The notes beneath the pieces were generated by a model that worked only from the letters and a program-made list of their open reading frames with translations, had not been told where the DNA came from and did no database searches. Position numbers and translations under genes: made by a program. A stretch of DNA of 64,000 nucleotides from an uncultured Bacteroidales bacterium (GTDB lineage: Bacteria > Bacteroidota > Bacteroidia > Bacteroidales > UBA4181): positions 50,033 to 114,032 of the forward strand of contig CAYGID010000002.1 of NCBI GenBank assembly GCA_964349835.1, written 5' to 3'. Positions 1-8,310 of this stretch are shown piece by piece. How positions within the stretch are numbered: the stretch's first letter is position 1; the number at the start of each line of letters is the position of its first letter.

Positions 1-2283
1 TGCGCTCTGAGCATACCACCCTTCTACATAGCGCAGCGAATCATTGGCAAATAATGACTCTCCCAGCCTGATGGTGTGCCGGGCGGTTCTTCGGCCCGAG
101 AAGAGGCTTTCGCCCGGTATGGCAGCTTGTACAGTTCGCCGGTAAAAGGGAATAAAGGCCTCCAATCCTGCCTGGTGTGTCAATATTTGCCGAAGGGTGA
201 GGTTTGCTTTGTTGGTTGCTTTGAGTTCGGGTAGCCAGAACGAAAGTTGTTTGTCGAGCGAAATGTTGTGGCTCTCATAGAGTTTCATTGCCGAGAGTAC
301 TGTGGCGGCAACTTTTGTTATGGATGCCAGGTCGTAAAGGGTTGAGTCGGTAACCGCTTCTCCTTCTAAATATTGCGTTGATCCATAGTTTTTTCGAAAA
401 AAGACCTTCCCATCTTTTGCGGCTACGATCTGGCAACCCGGAATTGCTTTGGCCTTGATAGCCTCCTGAACCAGCGCATCGATGCTCCTCAGGGAGTCGG
501 TGGAGATGCCCAAAGCCTCGGGCAGTGTGTAGGCGAGCCGCAGCCCTCCGCGGGTGGCAACACCCATCCCGCTCCGCAGTGAATCGTTTATGGAAACCGG
601 CAGTACCCCTTTTGCTCCGATTCCGCCGAAAATGATCTGTGCTGTTTTGTCGTGTGCCAGATCGCTATCTTCGAATGCCACAAGAAGGGCCTTGTAGTGC
701 GATGTAGCCCGCGATTCGCTCCAGGCATAGGGACAGCCGAACAGTGCCAGAATAAGCGACTGGCGAGCAGCTAGCCTATCGAAGAAGGCAACGGTCGAAG
801 CCGCTACACCGAAGTTGCGGGCCGGTAGAGAATTGGTATTATGTACCCCTCCAATCACGAGGTCGTAGCCGGCCAATTTTTCGAGGAGGGCCTTGTGGTC
901 GCTCTCCTGTTCGGGGAGGAAAAAGATGTCGGTTTTGCAATAATCGGCTACCCTTTTCGCAAAAAAGTTGGGTTTCGAACCTCCGGCAAGGAGCAGCGCA
1001 ATTCGTTTGGTTGCAATCTCTTTTAGGGGAATCGCCTCGTTCTGGTTGTTGAGCAGGGTGATAGCGTTTTCCATGATTTTATGCTGGAGCAGTTCGGCTC
1101 CCCGGCTGTTCAGTTCGGCGTGCAGGTTGTGTAGCGCAATGGATCTGTTTTTTGTCAGACCAGCCATCTCCTTGGCCGCCAGAATTCTGCGGCACGAGGT
1201 TTCGAGCCGGGCAGGGTCGATCCGTTTGCTGAGGATGGCCTCCCGGATGGCGGCAATGGCCTTTGGGACATCGGCAGGCATCACCAGAATATCGTTTCCC
1301 GCCTCAAAGGCTCTGACCTCTAGTTCGCCACTCTGGAAAGAGTCGCTGGCTCCCTTCATATTCAGGGCGTCGGTATAGACCAATCCTCCAAAATTCATCT
1401 CTCGGCGAAGAAGGGTGTCTATCGCTGCACGGCTGAGCGAGGTGGGCATTTTCGACCGGCTGTCGATAGCGGGTACATAGAGATGGGCACTCATGATTCC
1501 CGAAGCCCCCGCGGCAATCATGGCTCTAAAGGGGGCCAGTTCGGTGGAGTCGAGTTGCGCACGCGTGCGGTTTACCACCGGGAGGGTCAGGTGGCTGTCG
1601 GTTTCGGTATCGCCGTGGCCGGGAAAATGTTTGGCCGAGGTAAAGATGCCACCATCCTGCATCCCTTTCATGTAGGCAATGGCCAATTGTGAAACCCTTG
1701 CGGGATTTTCGCCAAACGAACGGGTACCAATCACCGGATTGTTCCGATTGCTGTTGACATCGACGGCAGGTGCAAAATTGATATGGATTCCCACTCTCCG
1801 GCACTGATCAGCAACAAAGCGCCCCATCTCATAAATGATGCTGTCGTTTTGAATGGCACCCAACAACATCTGCCGGGGAAGCCTGGGTACGCTGTCGAGC
1901 CGCATGAAAAGACCCCACTCGCCGTCGATAGCAATGAGTAGCGGTACCTTGCTCTCGGTTTGAAATCGTTCTGTCATAAGAACCTGTCGTCCAGGCCCTC
2001 CCTGAAAAAAGAGGATACTGCCCACCCCATATCTTTTTATCAGTTCGCTAATCTCTTCGGTGTGCGAACGGTCGCGGTTCGAATAGGCCGGTATCATTAA
2101 GAGCTGGGCAATTTTCTGATCGAGCGACAAACTGTTGTACACCGAATCGACCCAAGTGCTGTGCAGACGGGTGGGTGGAGCTATGCTTAGCTTGGCTTCC
2201 TGTGCCTGCAAGGGTGTAGCAGAGTATGTGGCGAGGCAGAGTAAGGCAACGAGGAGGAGAAGTGTAGGTAAAATCTGGCGCAT
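1..2283 (-). CDS. Glycoside hydrolase family 3 (NagZ-like beta-N-acetylhexosaminidase) fused to a beta-lactamase-type serine hydrolase domain. Partial: the C-terminal end runs off the window.
   Basis: Absent from the ORF track because there is no stop codon inside the window. My own minus-strand translation starts at the ATG at 2283 with a signal-like MRQILPTLLLLVALLCLA. The GH3 motif KHFPGHGDTETDSH lies at 1591-1632 and the S-x-x-K motif LASITKV at 310-330. Both motifs were checked to be in frame with the ATG at 2283, and I saw no in-frame stop down to base 1 (761 codons). Confidence 0.8.
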   Translation of the reverse strand, partial: MRQILPTLLLLVALLCLATYSATPLQAQEAKLSIAPPTRLHSTWVDSVYNSLSLDQKIAQLLMIPAYSNRDRSHTEEISELIKRYGVGSILFFQGGPGRQVLMTERFQTESKVPLLIAIDGEWGLFMRLDSVPRLPRQMLLGAIQNDSIIYEMGRFVADQCRRVGIHINFAPAVDVNSNRNNPVIGTRSFGENPARVSQLAIAYMKGMQDGGIFTSAKHFPGHGDTETDSHLTLPVVNRTRAQLDSTELAPFRAMIAAGASGIMSAHLYVPAIDSRSKMPTSLSRAAIDTLLRREMNFGGLVYTDALNMKGASDSFQSGELEVRAFEAGNDILVMPADVPKAIAAIREAILSKRIDPARLETSCRRILAAKEMAGLTKNRSIALHNLHAELNSRGAELLQHKIMENAITLLNNQNEAIPLKEIATKRIALLLAGGSKPNFFAKRVADYCKTDIFFLPEQESDHKALLEKLAGYDLVIGGVHNTNSLPARNFGVAASTVAFFDRLAARQSLILALFGCPYAWSESRATSHYKALLVAFEDSDLAHDKTAQIIFGGIGAKGVLPVSINDSLRSGMGVATRGGLRLAYTLPEALGISTDSLRSIDALVQEAIKAKAIPGCQIVAAKDGKVFFRKNYGSTQYLEGEAVTDSTLYDLASITKVAATVLSAMKLYESHNISLDKQLSFWLPELKATNKANLTLRQILTHQAGLEAFIPFYRRTVQAAIPGESLFSGRRTARHTIRLGESLFANDSLRYVEGWYAQSA

Positions 2284-2285
2284 GG

Positions 2286-3497
2286 TCAAATGTGTTTAGG
2301 CTTAGCGCTTCGGGAAACTCTGTAGAGGTAAAGGGCGCGAAATCCGATAATTAGGGCAACAAGCCCGGTTTCAACTCCGATTGCCTGTTTGCTTGCTATC
2401 AGCGCAACGGGGTATGCCAGGAGAGAAATTAGAAGGAAGAGAAGGAAACAGTGGAGGGTAGTTCTTCTCCATGGTTTTCGACGAAAGGCATACAGAAGGC
2501 ATACAGGGGAGAAGAGGAGCAGATTCCAGTTTAGAGAGGTGCCATAATGGATTGATACGAACCACATGAAGGCAATTACACATCCTATGAGTCCGATAGC
2601 TCCGAATAGCATACGACCAAACAGCCCATTTGCAACGGGCAGTTTGCCAGGGAAGAGTGCCGCCCCGGCTGAGACTATCAGAAGCAGGGTCAGCAGGAGC
2701 AGTGGGCCTGTTATGGGTGAGGGGAGGGCACTCTGTTTGCCCTGCAAAAGAATCCGGGTCTCTTTTACCAATGGCAGCTGACTGGCCGAATAGTGGCTTT
2801 TCGCCATCTGCTCCATCAGGAGCGCAGGCAGGAACATGGCACGGTAGGCATCTAAAGGCTGGTCGACCCGGGCCCCCAGAAGCAGGTTGATTCCCAAACC
2901 GGTCCAAGGGAGCGGCTTGAGGCATTGGAGCAGATGCTCCCTTGCCGAGTGTTCTGTAGGCTCTTTTTGCAACGCTTCGGGCTGCAACTGTTTGTGAAAG
3001 AGGTCGCGGATACGGGTTGTGCAGTTGTCGCGAATAAAATCGTAGGGGTAGGCTCTGTTTTCGGGCCGCAGGTTATTCTCCAGAAACAAGAAGATTTCGG
3101 TTGCCTCCCCTGGCGAAATATTGAGTATTTGTTCGGCAACCTCCCTCTCCTGAACAGCATAATCTGCAAGAAAGTGTGAAAAGGGATCGACCGACAGATA
3201 ATAAGGGAGTTTTCCTCTCAGGAACTTCCAATAGAAGCCCTCTTCGGCAAAATTGAAGGTGCCGTAATTATAGACCCGGTCGAACCCTAGCCGCGTGTCG
3301 GTTATCCTAAGGGCTGTATGTCCCCAGCTGGTGTAGATCTCGGATCCCGGCCCGCAGGTAAGCAGGCTCACGGTTGCATCCTGCGATAATGCGAAGGGAT
3401 AGAGTTGTACCCATGGACACAAGAGTGCCATAAGCATAAGAGTGCGGAGTTTCGAAACGATTCTCCGTGAAAGAGCCGATACCAACCGATGGTGCAT
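2286..3497 (-). CDS. DUF4105 / Lnb-like polytopic membrane protein (possible Bacteroidota lipoprotein N-acyltransferase family)
   Basis: 403-aa ORF. The N-terminal periplasmic-type domain contains LLTCGPGSEIYTSWGHTALRI, followed by a hydrophobic multi-TM C-terminal half. Its stop codon is 3 nt from the start of the GH3 gene. The true start may be an internal Met (MLMALL...). Confidence 0.6.
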   Translation of the reverse strand: MHHRLVSALSRRIVSKLRTLMLMALLCPWVQLYPFALSQDATVSLLTCGPGSEIYTSWGHTALRITDTRLGFDRVYNYGTFNFAEEGFYWKFLRGKLPYYLSVDPFSHFLADYAVQEREVAEQILNISPGEATEIFLFLENNLRPENRAYPYDFIRDNCTTRIRDLFHKQLQPEALQKEPTEHSAREHLLQCLKPLPWTGLGINLLLGARVDQPLDAYRAMFLPALLMEQMAKSHYSASQLPLVKETRILLQGKQSALPSPITGPLLLLTLLLIVSAGAALFPGKLPVANGLFGRMLFGAIGLIGCVIAFMWFVSIHYGTSLNWNLLLFSPVCLLYAFRRKPWRRTTLHCFLLFLLISLLAYPVALIASKQAIGVETGLVALIIGFRALYLYRVSRSAKPKHI

Positions 3498-3529
3498 AAT
3501 GTAAAGCTACAGTCGAAAAAGTAGAATTG

Positions 3530-3976
3530 CTAACGTTGTGTAATCTTTTCGCAATAGAGGCATTTGAGAGCTACTTTGTCGCGCGAAACGACATGGAACC
3601 GGGTGGGAACCGACTCCATATTGGTGATGCACTTCGGATTTACACACTTCACAATGCCAATAATCACCTCGTCGGGTAGTTCTACCACCCTTTTCTCAAT
3701 CACCTGGTAGTTCTTTATGATATTTAGCTTGGCCTGAGGGGCCACGAGGGCAATTTTGTTGATTTCGTTCTTTTCGAAGAATTTGCCGGATATCTTAATG
3801 ATAGCCTTATAGCCCAGTTTTTTGCTCTCGAGATTGGTGCCAAAGGTCATCTGGTTCTTGAATTGATCCAGGTTGAGAATAGCAATCACCTCGAACAGTT
3901 TGCTTGCCGGTATATGATCAATCACAGTTCCGTTTTCTATGGCGTTAACTACCAGAACTTTTTCGTCTCCCTTCAT
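3530..3976 (-). CDS. pyrI: Aspartate carbamoyltransferase regulatory subunit
   Basis: 148 aa. Contains VVNAIENGTVIDHIP and a C-terminal Zn cluster, CVNPKCIT...CLYCEK. Lies directly downstream of pyrB. Confidence 0.9.
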   Translation of the reverse strand: MKGDEKVLVVNAIENGTVIDHIPASKLFEVIAILNLDQFKNQMTFGTNLESKKLGYKAIIKISGKFFEKNEINKIALVAPQAKLNIIKNYQVIEKRVVELPDEVIIGIVKCVNPKCITNMESVPTRFHVVSRDKVALKCLYCEKITQR

Positions 3977-4025
3977 GCTGTTATAGATATAATTTGATGA
4001 TTAGTGTTAGCATGGAGCTCCATGC
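3977..4025 (-). repeat. Palindromic leader element, copy upstream of pyrI
   Basis: The minus strand reads GCATGGAGCTCCATGC-TAACACTAATCATCAAATTATATCTATAACAGC-ATGAAG. The 16-bp perfect palindrome is at 4010-4025, and the spacer runs up to the pyrI ATG at 3976. Confidence 0.7.
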
Positions 4026-4048
4026 GAAGCGTTGCCGCCGAAACGGCA

Positions 4049-4969
4049 TCAGGGTAACTCCGGTGCAACACCCAGTATAGATGCAATGATGGCCTGCCTT
4101 ACGTACATGCCGTTTAGTGCCTGGGTAAAGTAGTAGGCTTTCGGGTTGTCGTCTACATCACAGTCAATCTCGTTGACCCGCGGGAGCGGGTGCAGAATGC
4201 GGACGTTGGGCTTGGTGTGCGACAACATGTCGTTTTTTAATACGTAAGCATTTTTCACCTTTTCGTAATCAATGGGATCGGAGAATCGCTCTTTCTGGAC
4301 CCTTGTCATATAGATGATATCGGCATCGTTGAGGTAGGGAAGAAAATCGCGGTCTTCGGTATATGAAATCCCCTTTTCCACAAGGAACTCTTTGTACTCG
4401 TCGGGCATCTTCAGCTCCTCGGGCGAAATGAAACAAAAATTGGGTGCAAAGTGCGAAAGAGCCATCAGTAGCGAGTGCACGGTTCTTCCATATTTCAGGT
4501 CGCCAATCATTAAAATGTTCAGACCATCGAGCTTCCCCTGTGTCTTTTGAATAGAATAGAGGTCGAGAAGCGTTTGAGAGGGGTGTTGGTTGGCGCCGTC
4601 GCCCGCGTTGATAACGGGTACGGTTGCAATTTCACTGGCATATCGGGCAGCTCCTTCGAGCGGATGGCGCATCACAATCAGATCCACATAATTATTCACC
4701 ATCTTGATGGTGTCTTTCAGGGTCTCACCTTTGGTTACACTCGAAGAGTTGGCGTCGGCAAATCCTACAACTCTTCCGCCCAACCTCTGAATGGCCGTTT
4801 CGAAACTGATTCGTGTCCGGGTCGACGGTTCAAAGAAGAGAGTGGCAACCACCTTATTTTTGAGGAGGTCGCGGTTGGGATCCTTTTCGAACTCTGAGGA
4901 CAGAGCCAGAATCTGCAGATACTCCTCTTTGCTGTAGTCGGTAATCGAAACTAAACTTCTGTTCTTCAT
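4049..4969 (-). CDS. pyrB: Aspartate carbamoyltransferase catalytic subunit
   Basis: 306 aa with the motifs FFEPSTRTR and HPLPRV. Confidence 0.95.
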   Translation of the reverse strand: MKNRSLVSITDYSKEEYLQILALSSEFEKDPNRDLLKNKVVATLFFEPSTRTRISFETAIQRLGGRVVGFADANSSSVTKGETLKDTIKMVNNYVDLIVMRHPLEGAARYASEIATVPVINAGDGANQHPSQTLLDLYSIQKTQGKLDGLNILMIGDLKYGRTVHSLLMALSHFAPNFCFISPEELKMPDEYKEFLVEKGISYTEDRDFLPYLNDADIIYMTRVQKERFSDPIDYEKVKNAYVLKNDMLSHTKPNVRILHPLPRVNEIDCDVDDNPKAYYFTQALNGMYVRQAIIASILGVAPELP

Positions 4970-5036
4970 AAGGCATCGGTTTGCTTGGTGAAAGCCCTCT
5001 ATTTCTAAGCTAAATTAATACAAATAGGCCATTGGT

Positions 5037-5651
5037 TCATGATTTTTTACAGGTGATTTCGGGCCATTTGCCTATTCTTTGCGCAAAGGCTTCCGAACGG
5101 CTTTTTGGGAGGAGAAAAGTGGCTCTGCAATCGGCCTGATACTCCGCATTGCTGATTTCGGGCTCGAACTCTTTGATTACCTGTTGTATCTCGGGTGTCA
5201 TATGGTAGGGATACTCCACCCAAAAGGCCTCTTTCAGTACCTTTATGGTGGTTTCACTATGTCTCAGGGCATCGGCCGATGCCTCTCTGTAGGCGACGGT
5301 GAGGCCGCCTGTTCCAAGCAATATCCCTCCGAAATAACGTACAACGGCCACCATTGCATCGGAGAGTCCGAACGAATCGATCTGTCCCAGAATGGGACGG
5401 CCTGCAGTGCCCGAAGGTTCTCCATCGTCGTTGGCGCGCCAATTGTTTCTGTCGGGGCCCAGACGCCATGCGTAGCAAATGTGCCGAGCACTGAAATGCT
5501 CTTTACGCAACTGCTCAAGCATCCGACGGATATCCTGGTCCGACTCCACCGGCTTTGCATAGGCTATGAACTTGCTGCCCTTCTCTCGGTACAGACCCTC
5601 GGCCGGTCGCGCCAGGGTCAGATAACTGTCGGATTCGGAAGACGCGTTCAT
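5037..5651 (-). CDS. YigZ / IMPACT-family (UPF0029) protein
   Basis: 204 aa. Contains KGSKFIAYAKPV...HICYAWRLG...DDGEPSGTAG, typical of YigZ. Confidence 0.8.
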   Translation of the reverse strand: MNASSESDSYLTLARPAEGLYREKGSKFIAYAKPVESDQDIRRMLEQLRKEHFSARHICYAWRLGPDRNNWRANDDGEPSGTAGRPILGQIDSFGLSDAMVAVVRYFGGILLGTGGLTVAYREASADALRHSETTIKVLKEAFWVEYPYHMTPEIQQVIKEFEPEISNAEYQADCRATFLLPKSRSEAFAQRIGKWPEITCKKS

Positions 5652-5659
5652 TTCAGGAT

Positions 5660-5690
5660 AAAAAAAAAGGGGCCATGATAGCGGCCCCGG
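5660..5690 (-). terminator. Intrinsic terminator downstream of dnaA
   Basis: On the minus strand, GGGGCC-(8 nt loop)-GGCCCC is followed by T9. It lies immediately after the dnaA stop codon. Confidence 0.8.
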
Positions 5691-7112
5691 TTAGTGTTTG
5701 AATTTCTTGTCGATCTCCTCTAATGTCTGTTTAAAACGTTTGTCGGTTTCCTGCATATTCATCACAGTTTTACAGGCATGGAGAACGGTTGCATGGTCTT
5801 TTCCTCCCACCTGCTTACCGATGGAAGCAAGAGCCGCTTTCGTATATTTTTTTGAGAAGAACATGGCAATTTGTCGGGCCTGCACAATTTCACGCTTCCG
5901 GGTGGAGGAGTGGAGCATGTCTATGGTGATGTTCAGGAAGTTGCAAACCGTTTTGCTGATAAAATCGATCGAGATTTCCTGTTTGGGATTTTTAATCAAC
6001 TTCTCAATCATTTCGGAGGCCAGTTCGAGTGTAATGGCTCTGCGATTGAGTGTTGACTGGGCCAACAGCGAAATAAGGGCTCCTTCTAACTCGCGGACAT
6101 TGCTGGTGATGTTAGAGGCCACAAAGGCAATCACATCGTCGGGAAGCGTAATCCCGTCCTGATAGGCTTTCCGACGGAGGATCGATACCCTTGTAGCATA
6201 GTCGGGAGCCTGGAGGTCGGCCGAGAGACCCCATTTGAAACGGGATAGCAGCCGTTTTTCAAGGCCCTGCAGTTCGACCGGAGGTTTGTCGGATGTGAGA
6301 ATTAATTGTTTTCCCGACTGATGCAGGTGATTGAAAATATGGAAGAAAACATCCTGTGTTTTTTCGCGTCCGGCAAATTCATGAATATCGTCAATAATCA
6401 ATAGGTCTATCATCTGATAGAAGTGGAGAAACTTATTGATTTCATTCTTCAGGCGGGCGTCTACAAACTGGGTCTGAAATTTGTTGGCGGTAACATAGAG
6501 TACCACCTTATCGGGGAAGCGCTCTTTTACCCCCAATCCGATGGCCTGAGCCAGATGGGTCTTGCCAAGGCCGCTTTCGCCATAGACGAAGAGCGGATTA
6601 AAGGCCGTTCCACCGGGATTTTCGCCAACGGCAACTCCTGCCGAGCGGGCAAGACGGTTGCACTCCCCCTCCACAAGGTTATCGAAACTCTTTTCGGGAT
6701 TGAGTTGCGGATCTATGTTCAATTTCCGGATACCCGGGATGACAAAGGGGTTGAATTTTTCGAGGCGATCGTCAGGAGAGAGCGGGAGCGAATTATTCTT
6801 CATTTCGACCGAGGTGACCGAAGGATAGATTACCTGACTCTGTTTTTCCTGATTGGTTACATTCGATTTATCGACCACCACACTATATTCCAACTTCGCG
6901 TCGGTTCCCAACTCTTTTCTGAGGCACTTCCTGAGAAGGTCTATGAAGTTCTCTTCGAGATACTCATAGAAGAAAGGGCTGGGCACCTGAATAGTCAGGA
7001 CCTTGTCCGAAAGCTTAAGCGGTACAATGGGTTGAAACCATGTTCTGAAAGTCACGGCCGGAATATTGTCCCGAATGACCCGTAAACATCGATTCCAAAT
7101 AGCTTGGTGCAT
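5691..7112 (-). CDS. dnaA: Chromosomal replication initiator protein DnaA
   Basis: 473 aa. Walker A motif GESGLGKTHL, an AAA+ core, and a C-terminal DNA-binding domain (...HATVLHACKTV...). Confidence 0.95.
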   Translation of the reverse strand: MHQAIWNRCLRVIRDNIPAVTFRTWFQPIVPLKLSDKVLTIQVPSPFFYEYLEENFIDLLRKCLRKELGTDAKLEYSVVVDKSNVTNQEKQSQVIYPSVTSVEMKNNSLPLSPDDRLEKFNPFVIPGIRKLNIDPQLNPEKSFDNLVEGECNRLARSAGVAVGENPGGTAFNPLFVYGESGLGKTHLAQAIGLGVKERFPDKVVLYVTANKFQTQFVDARLKNEINKFLHFYQMIDLLIIDDIHEFAGREKTQDVFFHIFNHLHQSGKQLILTSDKPPVELQGLEKRLLSRFKWGLSADLQAPDYATRVSILRRKAYQDGITLPDDVIAFVASNITSNVRELEGALISLLAQSTLNRRAITLELASEMIEKLIKNPKQEISIDFISKTVCNFLNITIDMLHSSTRKREIVQARQIAMFFSKKYTKAALASIGKQVGGKDHATVLHACKTVMNMQETDKRFKQTLEEIDKKFKH

Positions 7113-7352
7113 TGTGTATCAGATTATCAGTAGTGGAACAGTGGTAGGAGAATCTGTAGTAATTTCTTCAACAAGGTTAGTTAAAAAAAAGCGCAAAAAA
7201 AACCAAAATTGCCTTGTTTTTTTCTTTCTGTTGCTATCTGATTGCTTTACAGGAAATTATTTTTTTTACTTTTTTTTATTTTTCAAAGGAGAGAATAGAA
7301 AATTATAAAGCATTGATTAACAGTGCTTTAATAACAACGTGTTGCCTTTCAG

Positions 7353-8267
7353 TTACTTGTCTTTTCTGCCAAACAGCGAAAAATGAACATACCGTTTGGG
7401 CTGTTCCCTGACATTAATCAGCAGACTGTCGAGTGAAGCGAGTGATGACTCCAGATTCCGGTACAATGTGTCGTTTACTAACAGCTGCCCCAGACTTCCC
7501 TCCCCATTGCGTATCCCGGTGAGGATCCCTTCGGCCTGCAAGATGGTGTTGTTGGTACGGTCGAAGGCGGATTTGATATCCGTTTCGGCAAGTTGCCCGG
7601 TGAAGCTCTCCAGATTGCCGGCGATAAGGGTAATGCTCTTGTTGTTCTTTTCCAGATTGGCCGACACCGACTCAAAATGAGAAAGGATGGAGCTGAGTTT
7701 TGATTTCTCCTCTGTCAGAATCTCATTCAAGGTGGCAACAGAGCTCCTGAGATTTTGACGGGTTTCGGGGTTGAGCACGTCGTGCAGTGCCTGCATTACA
7801 GAATCGATGGAGAGCATCATACCTTCTGCCTTTTGGCGCAGGGGGGCAATGAGGTCGACAGCCGAACTGATCAGGTCGGCCTGCAGCCCCGTCGACAGTG
7901 TGTCGCCTGGAAGTGCCTTTGTGGGGCTGTCGCCCCTGAGAAGGTTAATGGCTTTTGTGCCCAACAGGTCCTTGCTGAAGATCTGAATCGTGCTGTTGGA
8001 GGGGAGGTAGTAATCCTTCTTGATTGAAATGGTTACCAGCAGTTTATTCGGATCTGTCTCGAGAAAACGAATGTCGCTTACCCGCCCGATGCGCAGACCA
8101 CTTACCGTTACATCGCTCGAAACATCCAAACCCGATACGTTTTCGAATATTCCGCAAAACAGTTGGTCGGTTTTCAGAAGGTTGCTGCCCTTGAGGAAAT
8201 TCAGCCCCCAAATCAACAGGGCTGTTACAATTAGGACAATGATTCCAATTTTTACCTCTTTTCTCAT
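7353..8267 (-). CDS. MlaD/MCE-family protein (lipid asymmetry or transport substrate-binding component)
   Basis: 304 aa. Has an N-terminal TM anchor (MRKEVKIGIIVLIVTALLIWG), an MCE-like domain, and a helical C-terminal region. Confidence 0.75.
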   Translation of the reverse strand: MRKEVKIGIIVLIVTALLIWGLNFLKGSNLLKTDQLFCGIFENVSGLDVSSDVTVSGLRIGRVSDIRFLETDPNKLLVTISIKKDYYLPSNSTIQIFSKDLLGTKAINLLRGDSPTKALPGDTLSTGLQADLISSAVDLIAPLRQKAEGMMLSIDSVMQALHDVLNPETRQNLRSSVATLNEILTEEKSKLSSILSHFESVSANLEKNNKSITLIAGNLESFTGQLAETDIKSAFDRTNNTILQAEGILTGIRNGEGSLGQLLVNDTLYRNLESSLASLDSLLINVREQPKRYVHFSLFGRKDK

Positions 8268-8310
8268 TGTTGTGTTTTTTTCGGTAAGGATGGGGTAAAC
8301 GGCTGTCCGT

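Noticed and set aside
7113-7352. A firm oriC call next to dnaA.
   Set aside because: There are no convincing DnaA boxes. I kept it only as a low-confidence finding pending GC-skew analysis.
7066-7411. 80-aa and 65-aa Phe/Leu-rich ORFs in the AT-rich dnaA upstream region.
   Set aside because: They are artefacts of T-runs being read as Phe/Leu. They have no start context and overlap each other and the dnaA 5' end.
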